A stretch of DNA of 64,000 nucleotides from a candidate division FCPU426 bacterium (GTDB lineage Bacteria; Oederibacteriota; Muellerivitia; Muellerivitales; Muellerivitaceae). Numbering within the stretch: position 1 is the first letter of the stretch; every line of letters begins with the position of its first letter. The DNA lies in NCBI GenBank assembly GCA_963796105.1, contig CAWCKJ010000002.1, forward strand, positions 64,001 to 128,000. Direction: 5' to 3'. This document shows, piece by piece, positions 33,232 through 43,300 of this stretch. Made by a program: the position numbers and the translations under genes. The notes under the pieces were generated by a model. It did not search any database, was not told the DNA's origin, and saw nothing but the letters and a program-made list of their open reading frames with translations.

Positions 33232-33617
33232 ACGCGCGTTCCTTTGCTAGTTCGTCATTTTCACCAAGCTGTTCGTTTAACCCGCCTTGAATAAAACTAT
33301 CCCCGGGATGGTCACTGCCGGGGGTGAATGGGGGATTCGGATACCTTGTGTTGAACCAGCGGGATCATCCGCCGGTGAAACATTTCCTGATTAAATTGTA
33401 TGACTTATCGGGGGGAATACAAGGAAGGCCGTACACTCAAAAGGCGGCAGAGACTAAAATAGTGCAAAAAGGACTCGCGGAAAAACCATCCGACAAAGTC
33501 CAGTAATCAAGGGAAAGAAGCTTCAGGCTTAGCTGGGATTCAGGGGATGGCAAGACATTCTCTACAGGATGAATTTTAATTTTTTAATTTTAAGTTTTAA
33601 ATGAAGGATTGCTTAAC

Positions 33618-33728
33618 GATCGTGTTATATGGCTCGGCCGACGGCCGATGGAAAAATTAATTTTTCCACGGTCCGCAGGCAGGGCCAAAACGCCCATCGG
33701 GCGCAAAGGCAAAGCCTATGCCACGATC
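33618..33728 (+). repeat. ~110-bp multi-hairpin element (family D)
   Basis: GATCGTG...CACGATC termini; internal GGAAAAATTAATTTTTCC and CGCCCatcGGGCG hairpins. Confidence 0.85.
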
Positions 33729-33750
33729 TAGTCTTGTTGTATCCCATGCA

Positions 33751-33845
33751 TACCCGCTAAAATGGCAAAGCCATTTTCTTCCTATAAGTAATTAAGGAGG
33801 CCGGTATCGCAGCAATCTTCAAATAAGTTTTATGGAAGATTGGCA
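33751..33845 (-). repeat. Double-hairpin unit with extra AAAATGGCAAAGCCATTTT palindrome, flanked by CA/CA
   Basis: Aligns to 30491-30564 apart from the ~20-bp palindrome. Confidence 0.8.
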
Positions 33846-33962
33846 CAACCGTGGCAAAAGATGTTACTGTGGTTTCGATGAAACCCGTGGTGTGTTGTTG
33901 TTGCTTTAGCTGAGTCTCCGTGTCCCTGTGGTGAGAGATGTCCGTTGTCTTCAATCCACCAT

Positions 33963-34643
33963 TCAAATTTTAGAATGGTCCTTCTTGAGCAGGTGATAAC
34001 ATTTTCTCGCCCAATTGAACAACCGGGTCTTCAGCCTTTTATCCTGGGTGTACTCGAAACGAGGGTTGGTCCTGATATCCTCCCCGATGATTTCCTTGAA
34101 CCTCACGCCGGGATGGTTTTTCAAGACGTGGGAGAAGCTGACCTGGTCCCTGAACTGCCACCGGCATAGTTCCGCCCACCAGGATTCGAACAATTCGTTG
34201 ACCCTGGGGATGTTCCTCCTGAGGATGAGATTGGTTTCCCATAAACCGGCCTTCTCGGGGAAACCCAGGCTTCGGTAGTGTTTTTCCTGCTCCTCCAGGA
34301 GCCTCATGAGCCATGGGTCCGACCTGAACCGCCTGTCCGTACGGAGGATTTTGATCTCCTCATAAAGGCAGTCCCGGGCGGGATGCTTGAACACCGCCAA
34401 ATCCGCGTCTCCCAGGTATCTCTTGACCGCCTCCGACTCGCTGATCCTCAATTTGATGTTGGCGTCCATCCAGATCAGGATGCCGCTGTCGGGGAAATAA
34501 AGGTGCCCCAGCATCTTGGAGCGCCTCGCCTCGTAAACAGGGGATAGCAGGCCCCCCTCCGGCCCGAAGCAGGGAATGTCGGTTCTCTTGAAAAAGGCGC
34601 CGTAGCGGTTTTGGGTCAGGGCGGTATAGGAGGCGATTTTCAA
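33963..34643 (-). CDS. DUF616/TOD1-MUCI70-like glycosyltransferase-domain protein
   Basis: KMLGHLYFP, IWMDAN, HPARDCLYEE, RDQVSF. Confidence 0.75.
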   Translation of the reverse strand: MKIASYTALTQNRYGAFFKRTDIPCFGPEGGLLSPVYEARRSKMLGHLYFPDSGILIWMDANIKLRISESEAVKRYLGDADLAVFKHPARDCLYEEIKILRTDRRFRSDPWLMRLLEEQEKHYRSLGFPEKAGLWETNLILRRNIPRVNELFESWWAELCRWQFRDQVSFSHVLKNHPGVRFKEIIGEDIRTNPRFEYTQDKRLKTRLFNWARKCYHLLKKDHSKI

Positions 34644-34701
34644 TGGTTTAACCCTTTCCGCCTTTAAATAGCAAATCTCCTCCCCAGATTCAAGAGTTTT
34701 C

Positions 34702-35700
34702 GGGGTCAGGTCTTCATTTTATATTAACTCCTGGTACAATACATGAATGGCCCGACCCCTCCGAGTGCACTTTGAAGGCGCTGTGTATCACGTGACTTCC
34801 CGCGGGAATGAACGGGGGGACATTGTCCGTTCGGATCAAGACCGGGAATTGTTTTTGCGCGTTTTGTCCCATGTGGTGGAAGACCACCATGTGTTGTGCC
34901 ACGCCTGGGTGCTGATGAATAATCATTATCATCTGCTTCTTGAAACACCGGAAGCCAACTTATCGAAAGCCATCCGGCATCTCAATGGGGTCTATACCCA
35001 GAAATTCAACAGGACCCATGACCGGGTGGGTCATTTATTCCAGGGCCGTTTCAAGGCCATCCATGTGGAGAAAGGCTCTCATTTGTTGGAACTGTGCAGG
35101 TATTTGGCGTTGAATCCTGTGCGAGCCGGCATGGTCAAGCATCCCCGGGAGTGGCGATGGAGCAGTTACCGCGCGACAGCGGGGGTCTCCGGGAAGGAGC
35201 CATGGCTTGAGGTGAATTGGGTTTTGAGCCAATTCGGGAAGCGTTTTAAGGTGGCCCAAGCTTCTTACAGGAAATTTGTTTTGGAGGGGATTGGGAAAAA
35301 GGGGTCGCCCTGGGATGAGATGGGCGGGAGCATTTATTACGGAGGAGAGGCGCTCAAGGAGAAGTTAAAGGGGTTGTTGAAGCGCAAAGACCCGGAGATA
35401 CCCTTAAAACATCACCGGATTGAGAGGCCGGCGGCAATGGAGGTGCTGAAACAAGTGTCGAGAGCCTATCGGGTGGATGAGAAAGTGATCACGGACAAAC
35501 GGCATCAAGTGAACGAGGCAAGGGATGTGGGCATGTACTTATTGCGGAAAAGATCGGGAATGTCTCTGGGGGAAATCGCGTCAAAGTTCGGCGTGAAATA
35601 CCCGGCGGTGGGAAATAGGCTGGCGGTGATGAGAAAGAAAGTTGAGACGGATCCTGGATTCAGGGCCAAGTTAGATAATATAAAATGAAGACCTGACCCC
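34702..35700 (+). mobile_element. RAYT-type element bounded by perfect 25-bp inverted repeats
   Basis: GGGGTCAGGTCTTCATTTTATATTA at 34702-34726 and exact reverse complement at 35676-35700. Confidence 0.8.
34747..35688 (+). CDS. REP-associated tyrosine (Y1/HUH) transposase with C-terminal DnaA-like HTH
   Basis: MARPLR, YHVTSRGN, MNNHYHLL (HUH), GHLFQGRF, RYLALNPVRAG, WSSY. Confidence 0.9.
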   Translation: MARPLRVHFEGAVYHVTSRGNERGDIVRSDQDRELFLRVLSHVVEDHHVLCHAWVLMNNHYHLLLETPEANLSKAIRHLNGVYTQKFNRTHDRVGHLFQGRFKAIHVEKGSHLLELCRYLALNPVRAGMVKHPREWRWSSYRATAGVSGKEPWLEVNWVLSQFGKRFKVAQASYRKFVLEGIGKKGSPWDEMGGSIYYGGEALKEKLKGLLKRKDPEIPLKHHRIERPAAMEVLKQVSRAYRVDEKVITDKRHQVNEARDVGMYLLRKRSGMSLGEIASKFGVKYPAVGNRLAVMRKKVETDPGFRAKLDNIK

Positions 35701-35786
35701 AATGCGGGGGTGTGCCGGCTCAAGAATGCTTGGCCTTTTTGCCTTTAATTCATAATTTAAAATTCAAAATTTAGAATTCATTCATG

Positions 35787-35860
35787 TGCCGATCATCTGT
35801 GAAAACAAGATGAGAACGGTACGATACCAGCCTCAGTAAAAGTTTTATGGAAGGCTGGCA
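35787..35860 (+). repeat. ~75-bp double-hairpin unit, flanked by TG/TG
   Basis: TGCCG..CGGTA-cga-TACCAGCC..GGCTGGCA, about 90 bp from the RAYT right repeat. Confidence 0.88.
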
Positions 35861-35933
35861 TGTGGTTTTCACGAATGCCTTGGCCCCCTATGCCGAGCCC
35901 ACAAGGCGAGGCGTGAGTCTTGGGTGTGCCGGC

Positions 35934-36671
35934 TCAAGAATGAGCCGGCCAGTTGTCTACGCCGATCACGTGCAGTCCCACCCTCAGCAGGCTTCCCCAA
36001 AGCTTCGCGTATTCCACCCAGAATTCGCGCTCCATCCAAAAGCAGCTGGGCGCCGGCTCATTGGGACAGGAGACCACCTGGAATGAGGCCTTCCGGGGGG
36101 CGCCGTGCCGGTTTTGGGGCTGATCCGGGTAGGCGCCGGTCAGGTGAAAGCCGGAAAGGAAAAGGTACAGCCTGGTCAGCAACAGCGACCGGGGCTCATG
36201 CTGCCAGGTGGTGACGAGCGCGATCCGGTTGAAACCGCGTTGCCGGATAAAGGGCGCGGCTAAGCGGGCGTTCTGGTCGGTCGTGCGGGCGTGGGATTCG
36301 ATGGTGATGGAGATGTTCTTGTCGGCCTCGGGGTTCAGCAGGGGCCGGACGTCCTGGACCATCTCCGAAAAATAAGCCGTGGATTGGTATTGGCGGGCCA
36401 GCGCGATGCCGCGCCGGTCGGATTGGGTGGTGCCCCCGTAAACCAGGACCAGTTCAGGCCTTTCCGGTCCGGGTTTGCCCGCGTAAACCGCCCAGTAATA
36501 GATGAATTGGGCCAGGAGCAGAACCGCCAGAAGGCAGAAGGGGACCAAGAATAGTTTCCGCCGGAGAAGGTAGAGTCTCAGGTTCGGGTAGGAATTGCGC
36601 GAGACGCGTTTTTGCCCCGCGGGGGGTTGATTGGGATATTCTTTTTTATATCTGTTGTTTCTGTCATACAT
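35934..36671 (-). CDS. YdcF/DUF218-family membrane-anchored protein
   Basis: N-terminal TM, LVLVYGG, ESHARTTDQNA, LVTTWQHEPRS, EYAK. Confidence 0.7.
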   Translation of the reverse strand: MYDRNNRYKKEYPNQPPAGQKRVSRNSYPNLRLYLLRRKLFLVPFCLLAVLLLAQFIYYWAVYAGKPGPERPELVLVYGGTTQSDRRGIALARQYQSTAYFSEMVQDVRPLLNPEADKNISITIESHARTTDQNARLAAPFIRQRGFNRIALVTTWQHEPRSLLLTRLYLFLSGFHLTGAYPDQPQNRHGAPRKASFQVVSCPNEPAPSCFWMEREFWVEYAKLWGSLLRVGLHVIGVDNWPAHS

Positions 36672-36871
36672 AGTCAGTGGTTCCTAGCTCCCGGATAATT
36701 TGTTCTATACCTTTTGGCGGTTAAAGTAAATCTCGTTTAAGGTCATGTTTGTAATCGAATCGCGTCGAACCGTTCGAAATGGCTTGCCAAGTGTTGTTCC
36801 GCGGTTATTGGGTATTTTCTTGAAATTCAAAATTTAAAATTGCCTTTTAAAAATTCGGCCCGTTTGTTTTG

Positions 36872-37480
36872 CTAAAACGAATTCCCGTTAATACCGTGGT
36901 GCTCCGCGGGGTGCCCGGAATGGCCCGGCGTATTCGGCGGGAAAATCTTGGAACTGGCATCCTCCAACAACCTTTCCAGGTCGAGGATGCCGGCGGAATT
37001 ATTCATCAATTCCTTGGCCGGGTGGTCGGGGAACAAGGCGACTTCGACGCGCTTGCCTAGGGCGTTCACCGATTTCAAAAGGTCGGTATATTCCTCGCTC
37101 TCCGAGACCAGGATGGCGGTGTCGAACAAGTTGCGGGCCGCGTAATAAACCATCTCGGAGGCAAGAAGGATGCCCACGCCCTTTTCCCTGAGGCCTGTAT
37201 GCCCGTTGGAGGCCATGTGGCCCAAGCGGACCTCCACGAAGGGGGTTTTGTCGAGGGATTCCAGGAACGGCTGCTGCGTCGCCGCTTTTTCCGGGAAGAG
37301 TTTCTTGTCGTAGGAGCTGTTGTAGTAGAAGATCCTCTCCAGCTTCCTTTCCTTGCCTGTCAGGGCGAGGCCGAATTGGTAATAATCCACCCGGGTCGGC
37401 TGTTGGTTGCGCTTGAGGGCGAAATACAAATTATTCCCGTCGATAAACACGAAAACGCGGTTCATGGGCGATGGTTTCAC
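36872..37480 (-). CDS. NYN-domain (LabA/DUF88) protein, catalytic residues partly lost
   Basis: VFIDGNNL, REKGV, DTAILVS, GKRVEV. Confidence 0.8.
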   Translation of the reverse strand: MKPSPMNRVFVFIDGNNLYFALKRNQQPTRVDYYQFGLALTGKERKLERIFYYNSSYDKKLFPEKAATQQPFLESLDKTPFVEVRLGHMASNGHTGLREKGVGILLASEMVYYAARNLFDTAILVSESEEYTDLLKSVNALGKRVEVALFPDHPAKELMNNSAGILDLERLLEDASSKIFPPNTPGHSGHPAEHHGINGNSF

Positions 37481-37674
37481 TTTCTTTTTCGTTTCAAAAA
37501 AGCTGGCTGATTATAGCCAAAAAAACAACTTGAATGCCAGCTATCAAAAGCGGCGCCGTGCGGTTGATTTACCGGCTGATTTAGGCTCCGTTAAAAGGGG
37601 ATCATCCAGGCCTTTCTATATATAACTGCAATCATGAGTTTTGCTTTTGAATCGTCAATTGTTGAGGGCATTCG

Positions 37675-38042
37675 TACCGAGCATCCATGCAAACATAAGG
37701 AGATCGGTACAGTACCAGCCTCCTTTAACTGTGTTATGGAAGGCTGGCACGTACCGATCATCCATGCAAACATAAGGAGATCGGTGTTATACCGAGCTTT
37801 CCAAAAAAGTTTCATCGAGGTTCGGCATTTGGTGAAACGGAATTTTTTTGCCATACCGTGAGTTCGAAGAAACCTGTCGTTTGTAGTTAAATGTATTTTT
37901 TGTTTTGCGGTTTTTGCCTTACCCAAGAGGAAGCTTTTCCGTGACCTCTGTGGTTTCTAAGAAACCTGTGCCGATCATCCATAAAAATATATCGAGATCG
38001 CTACTATGCCAGTCCCAATATCATCCTTTTGGAAGACTGGCA
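37675..38042 (+). repeat. Three double-hairpin units (tandem pair 37675-37827; single 37969-38042)
   Basis: Same TRCC...GGTA-nnn-TACC...GGCA architecture. Confidence 0.88.
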
Positions 38043-38198
38043 TGTGGTGAAATGTTGAAGCCGTTTGTTTTACTGTTGTTTTCATTTTTCATTCTACATT
38101 TTCCATTATCCATTTTTGCCGGGTATTTTCCCCCTCCCACGCCCATCCGCCTTATAATTAAGGAAGAAGGCAATCCCATTGGTCAAGGCGGGGCATTC

Positions 38199-39137
38199 AT
38201 GAAATTGAAACTCTTGGTGCCGCTCGGGCTGGTCCAGGAACGCTGGCATTCCGACCGGAAGCTTTTCATGGACAGGGCCAAGGAGCTTGGCGCGGAAGTT
38301 CTCCTGCAGGCGGACCGATTCAATGACGTGCTGAAGACCATCCAGGAAGGGAAGCTCAAGGACCAGGGCGTGGATGTCCTGGTGGTGGTGAGCCACAACG
38401 ACGAGGACTCTGCCCCCATCGTGAACGCGGCCCATGAGGCGGGAGTCCTGGTGGTGGCCTACGACCGGTTGATCCATGACTGCGACCTGGACCTTTACGT
38501 GTCCTTCGACAACGAGGCCGTGGGGGAGATGCAGGCCGAGTACCTGGTGGAAAGAAAACCCAAGGGCAATTACGTCCTCATCGGGGGCTCCCCGACGGAT
38601 GTCAACGCCGAGCTCTGCCGGAAGGGGCAGATGAAGGTTCTCCAGCCCTTCGTGAACAACGGCCGGATCCAGATCGTGGAGGACCAGTGGGCCAAGGACT
38701 GGCTTCCCATGGAGGCCCTGAGGATCACGAAGTCCGCCCTGGACAAGACCGGGAACCAGGTGGACGCGGTGCTGGCCTCCAACGACGGCACGGCGGGAGG
38801 GGCCATCCAGGCCCTGGCGGGAAGGGGCCTGGCGGGCAAGGTGCCCGTCACGGGGCAGGACGCGGACCTGGCCGCCTGCCAGAGGATCGTGGATGGGACG
38901 CAGTGCATGACGGTTTACAAGCCCCTCAAGCGCCTCGCGGCCCAGGCCGCCGAGGCCGCCGCGGCCCTCGCGTTGAAAAAGCCCATTCCGGACACCCGGG
39001 GGATCCACAACGGGAGGAAGGTTGTCCCCAGCATCCTGTTCCAGCCGGTCCTGGTGGACTACACCAACATCTACCAGACCGTCTTTTCCGACGGCTTCCA
39101 CGACGAGTCGAAGGTGTTCAAGAAAGAACCGACCTAA
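38199..39137 (+). CDS. XylF-like sugar ABC substrate-binding protein (orphan)
   Basis: ERW.SDR, VAYDRLI, YVSFDN, GGSPTD.NA, ASNDGTAGG, TGQDAD, TVYKP; start uncertain (38052 or 38199). Confidence 0.85.
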   Translation: MKLKLLVPLGLVQERWHSDRKLFMDRAKELGAEVLLQADRFNDVLKTIQEGKLKDQGVDVLVVVSHNDEDSAPIVNAAHEAGVLVVAYDRLIHDCDLDLYVSFDNEAVGEMQAEYLVERKPKGNYVLIGGSPTDVNAELCRKGQMKVLQPFVNNGRIQIVEDQWAKDWLPMEALRITKSALDKTGNQVDAVLASNDGTAGGAIQALAGRGLAGKVPVTGQDADLAACQRIVDGTQCMTVYKPLKRLAAQAAEAAAALALKKPIPDTRGIHNGRKVVPSILFQPVLVDYTNIYQTVFSDGFHDESKVFKKEPT

Positions 39138-39302
39138 AACCCACCAAAAGACAATTTTGAATGTTGAATTTTAAATTGCTGAAGACTCAATTAAAGGCGT
39201 CAGGAATAGCTGGGATTCAGGGGATAAACATATTAACCACGGGTTCCCACGGGAACCACAGTGCTTACGCATCACAGAAGAAGATTTAATGGGATCTGTT
39301 TA

Positions 39303-39552
39303 GATCGTGTTCTATGGCCAATGCCGACGACCCCGGGAAAATCTATTTTTCCGAGGACCGCGGGCATGTACCGGTTCACCATAAAGCAGTTAAGGAAATC
39401 GGTACGATACAGGCCGCATGAGGCTACCAGCCGAGAGCGATGGTTGCCGGGGCAGATTTATAGTAAATCTGTACCAGCCTCATTTAAAGGTTTATGAATG
39501 GCTGGCATGGCCATATCGCCAATGGCGCAAAAGCCATGCTCTTGTCACGATC
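39303..39552 (+). repeat. Nested composite: family D element containing a double-hairpin unit (39369-39507) containing a 62-bp element (39410-39471)
   Basis: Removing the inserts restores sequences matching 33618-33728 and the canonical unit. Confidence 0.82.
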
Positions 39553-39790
39553 GCGGTTTTTAACCTATTTGATGTTTTAACTGTGTCTCTGTGTTGTGCG
39601 AAGCACAACTGTGGTGAAACGTTGAAGTTGTTTGTTTTGCTGTTGTTTTCATTTTCCATTGTCCATTTTTCATTATGTCCACTTGTGTCCCTGAAAGTTT
39701 GCGCGTCAACCTGTTTTGGGCGGGTCTTGTGCTATACTGCCCCGCGCTTGATGTGGATTTCCGTAATTAAATAAATGGGGAGCGGATACG

Positions 39791-40036
39791 ATGAGTTTCC
39801 AACAAAAACGCGTCTATTCCTTTTGGCGCAACAGGATCAGGGCCGCCAAGGGCATGGATGCCTTGAACGAGATAGTCAACGGCCTTAACCGGCAATTGAA
39901 CCGGATCATCCAGAACAACGCGGACAAGGGTTTATCCGAACAGACCATTATCGAGCTGTGGGACCTATTGAAGAAAAAAAGAAGAAGTTATTTGGCGCGG
40001 ACCGAGTTCTTCAGGTGCGGGAATTTTTCGGTCTAA
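39791..40036 (+). CDS. Small hypothetical helical protein
   Basis: 81 aa, GGGGAG RBS. Confidence 0.5.
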   Translation: MSFQQKRVYSFWRNRIRAAKGMDALNEIVNGLNRQLNRIIQNNADKGLSEQTIIELWDLLKKKRRSYLARTEFFRCGNFSV

Positions 40037-40248
40037 CCGCGCGATATTAATTGTTAATTTTTCATTCTACATTGCCTGTCCATCGACCAGTCTTCCGACA
40101 TGTCTCCCGACCTGTGTCCCGTAGCTTGCGCGTAGGGACAAGCTTTAGCAAAGGAAGAAGCTCAAAGAGCGCAGTGGTATGTTGAATTGTTTATTGTGGT
40201 TTTGATATTTTTTATGGTACCTAATGAAATGTTTTAACTGTGTCTCTG

Positions 40249-40324
40249 TGCCAATCTTCCATAAAGATTAAATGGAGATTGGTACGATACCGATCTCCTT
40301 ATTAATTTATTTGGAGGGTCGGCA
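40249..40324 (+). repeat. ~75-bp double-hairpin unit, flanked by TG/TG
   Basis: Interrupts ctgtgtctctg|tgtggtgcgaagcaccgctgtggtgaa, which is intact at 231-272. Confidence 0.92.
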
Positions 40325-40360
40325 TGTGTGGTGCGAAGCACCGCTGTGGTGAAATGGGTT

Positions 40361-43300
40361 TTAATGAATAACCGCGACTTTCCCGCTGAAAATTCGTGAT
40401 CCCGCTTGAACCCTATAGATGTAAACCCCCGTCGCGACAGGTGTCCCGGAGTTGTTCCGTAGGTCCCATTCCATCTCGTTCAAGCCCGGGTTTCCGGAGA
40501 TATCTGCGGAATAGACCAACTCACCCACAATGGAATAAATGGCAAGCTTAATGGGTGTCGATTGGCCCGTGAGCATCACCCTGAATTGGATGGGTGTCCC
40601 ATCCTGGGAAATGTTCGGCCATGCCGCGGCTGAATCAGAAGTGGGGAGCGGGGGAGTGGGGTTGGGAGTGGGTGTCAGGGTCATGGCCGGGGTGGGCGTG
40701 GGTTTGGAGCCAAGGACCACGTTCATGATCTTATCCGCCGTGCCGGGTTTATATTCTTCCACGACGGTGGTGCCGCAATCCACCGCGTACAAGTCCCCGG
40801 CGGGATCGAACGAAAGACAGCTGGGGTTGCGAAAATCCAGGACACCTCCGTCTATTTCCCCCGAGTAGGCCCCGGTGTTCGAGGCGTAAACCACCCGGTT
40901 GTTGTCCCAGTCGGAAATGAATAGGTTATTGTTGGAATCCACCACGATCCCGGCGCTGTAGGTCCCCAGGACCTGGGCCCAGCCGGTGCCGTTGAATGAG
41001 CCCTGCGAAACGTATGAGGAATTGTAAGAGGTGATGGAGGTTCCCGGCTCGAGGTAGTTGTCCACATAGAAGTTGCCGCTGGAGTCCATCGCCGCGTCCT
41101 GCGGGTAAACCCCCGGGCCCGCCGGGATGATATTCGATCCGGTCCCATCGACCCATTTCAAAAGCCAAACGCCGGTGTCGTCGGCGATCACCAATCGCTC
41201 GTTCATCCCGCTTCCATTAATCCTTACACTATTGGGTAATACGCAGTCTTCCTCACCGTTCCAAGTGTAATCGCTAACGGCCCCGCTGGGACCCAGGATA
41301 TAACCCACCACCCCCGTGCCGTACTCGGGAACATAAAGCTCGCCATCTGTATCCAGCGCCATATTGCCGAGATAACCCCCGTTAGTGGTGATGGTATAGA
41401 GTGAATTGCCATTGATGTCGTAAACGAAGATATCACCGTTCGCGTCCCCGTCATTCACCGCGATGTAATAAGCCCCGTCGGTCGTCACGCTCCAGGGGTT
41501 GATGTCCCCGTCGAACCCGGAGGGGACGTAATCGGCCGTCAGGTTCCAGCCGGCCAGTTGCTGGGGGGGCGTCGGCGTAGGGGTGAGGGTGTTGACGGTC
41601 ATGGACGTGTACCAGACGTCGTTTAAGGCCGTTGAACCGGTGTACCCGCCCAGGGTCCACATCCTGTTGTTGAAAACAACGGCGCTATTGGAATCCCTCG
41701 GCGGGAAAGCGGCCGAGGCGTTGACCTCGTTCCATTGGTTCCCGTCCGTGGAATTCCAGACGTCGTTTGAAGGCGTACCCCAGTCCTGCCCGCCGATCAA
41801 CCACATGGCGCCGTTATAAACGAGGGATGGAAATGAGTCCTTTTTTCCGAACGCGGAAATTTGGGAGACTTGGGTCCAACTGACCCCGTTGGAGGAGGAC
41901 CAAACATCCTCGAAACCCTGGCCCCCGGCTACCCACATTTTTCCGGCGTAAACAAACGCGGAGGCGAAAGCCCTGGCGGCAAAATTGGCGCTGGCGGTGG
42001 CCTCGGTCCAGTTGACGCCGTCTGGGGAATACCAAACATCATTCAGAAAACCGCTGAGGCCCCACCCTCCGATCACCCACATCTTGCCCGTCGCGGTCCC
42101 GTCCGCGGGATTGTAAACCACCCCGCAATGGCCGAACCTGGCGGGAAAGGCTGCGTTGGTAGTGGCGGACGACCAATTGGCGCCGTCCGGGGAATACCAA
42201 ACGTCTTTCTGGCAGGTAGCGTTTGCTAACCCGCCGATCACCCACATTTTGCCGGTCGCGGTCCCGTCGGCTGGGTTGAAAACCTCGGAGGTATGATCGG
42301 CCCTGGGGCTGAACGCGGCGTTGGTAGTGGCGGCCGACCAGTTGGTCCCGTCCGGGGAATACCAGGCGTCGTTCATCGCGTTGCCTGAATTGCCCCCGCC
42401 GCCGATCACCCACATCTCGCCCGTCTGGGTCCCGTCGGAGGGGTTGTAAACCACCGAGCTATGGCCGTTCCTGGCGGGGAAGGCGGCGTTGAGCGTGGCC
42501 GGGCTCCAGCAGTAGCCCGTGATGGAAGAGGAGCAGGTGGGCGTAGAGGTCGGAGTGGAGGTGGGGGTGTTGGTTGGGGTGTAAGTGTAAGAAAAGGTAT
42601 AAGTAGGTGTGGGTGTCCAGGTAAAGGTCGGGGTGGGAGTCAAGGTAGGGGTCGGGGGCAGGGCGTTTGAATGCCAAACGTCGTTCAGGTAGGGAGTGGT
42701 TAGGTTTCCATCCCAGCCGCCCAGGACCCACATGGCCGGTCCGGACCCATTGTCGAACGTCACTCCGCTCATGCCGGCGCGCGGGGGGAAAGGCGCCGAG
42801 GAGGTAGCCTCTGTCCAGTTGGCCCCGTCGCCGGAGCTCCAGACGTCGTTGTTCTCGGGGCTTGATAGTCCGGTTCCGCCTATGACCCACATTAAACCGT
42901 TATAAACCATGCAAGCGTCGCTGTACCTGAACCCGAAGCCTGGAGAGGAGGTGGCCAGGGTCCAATGGACGCCGTCGGTAGTTGACCATACGTCGCTGGT
43001 GGCCGCGCTTCCCCCGATGACCCACAGCCTTCCACCGTAAACCAGGGCCGAGGCCCAGGATCTCGGGGTGAACGGCGCGTTGGCGGTGGCCTGCGTCCAG
43101 TTGGCGCCGTCGCTGGAGTACCAGACGTCGTTCGCGAAACCGTTTGCCGTGTAGCCCCCGATGATCCACATTTTTCCCGAGGCGGTCCCGTTGACCGGGT
43201 TGAAAACGGCGCTGCACATGCCCCAGCGGCCGGAAAAGGCGGCGTTGGGGGTGGCGGGGTTCCAGTTGATGCCGTCGGTGGAGTACCAGGCATCGTTGGC

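Noticed and set aside
37905..38051. Extended N-terminus of the sugar-binding protein from 37905
   Set aside because: Reads through repeat modules including a hairpin unit; no protein-like signal.
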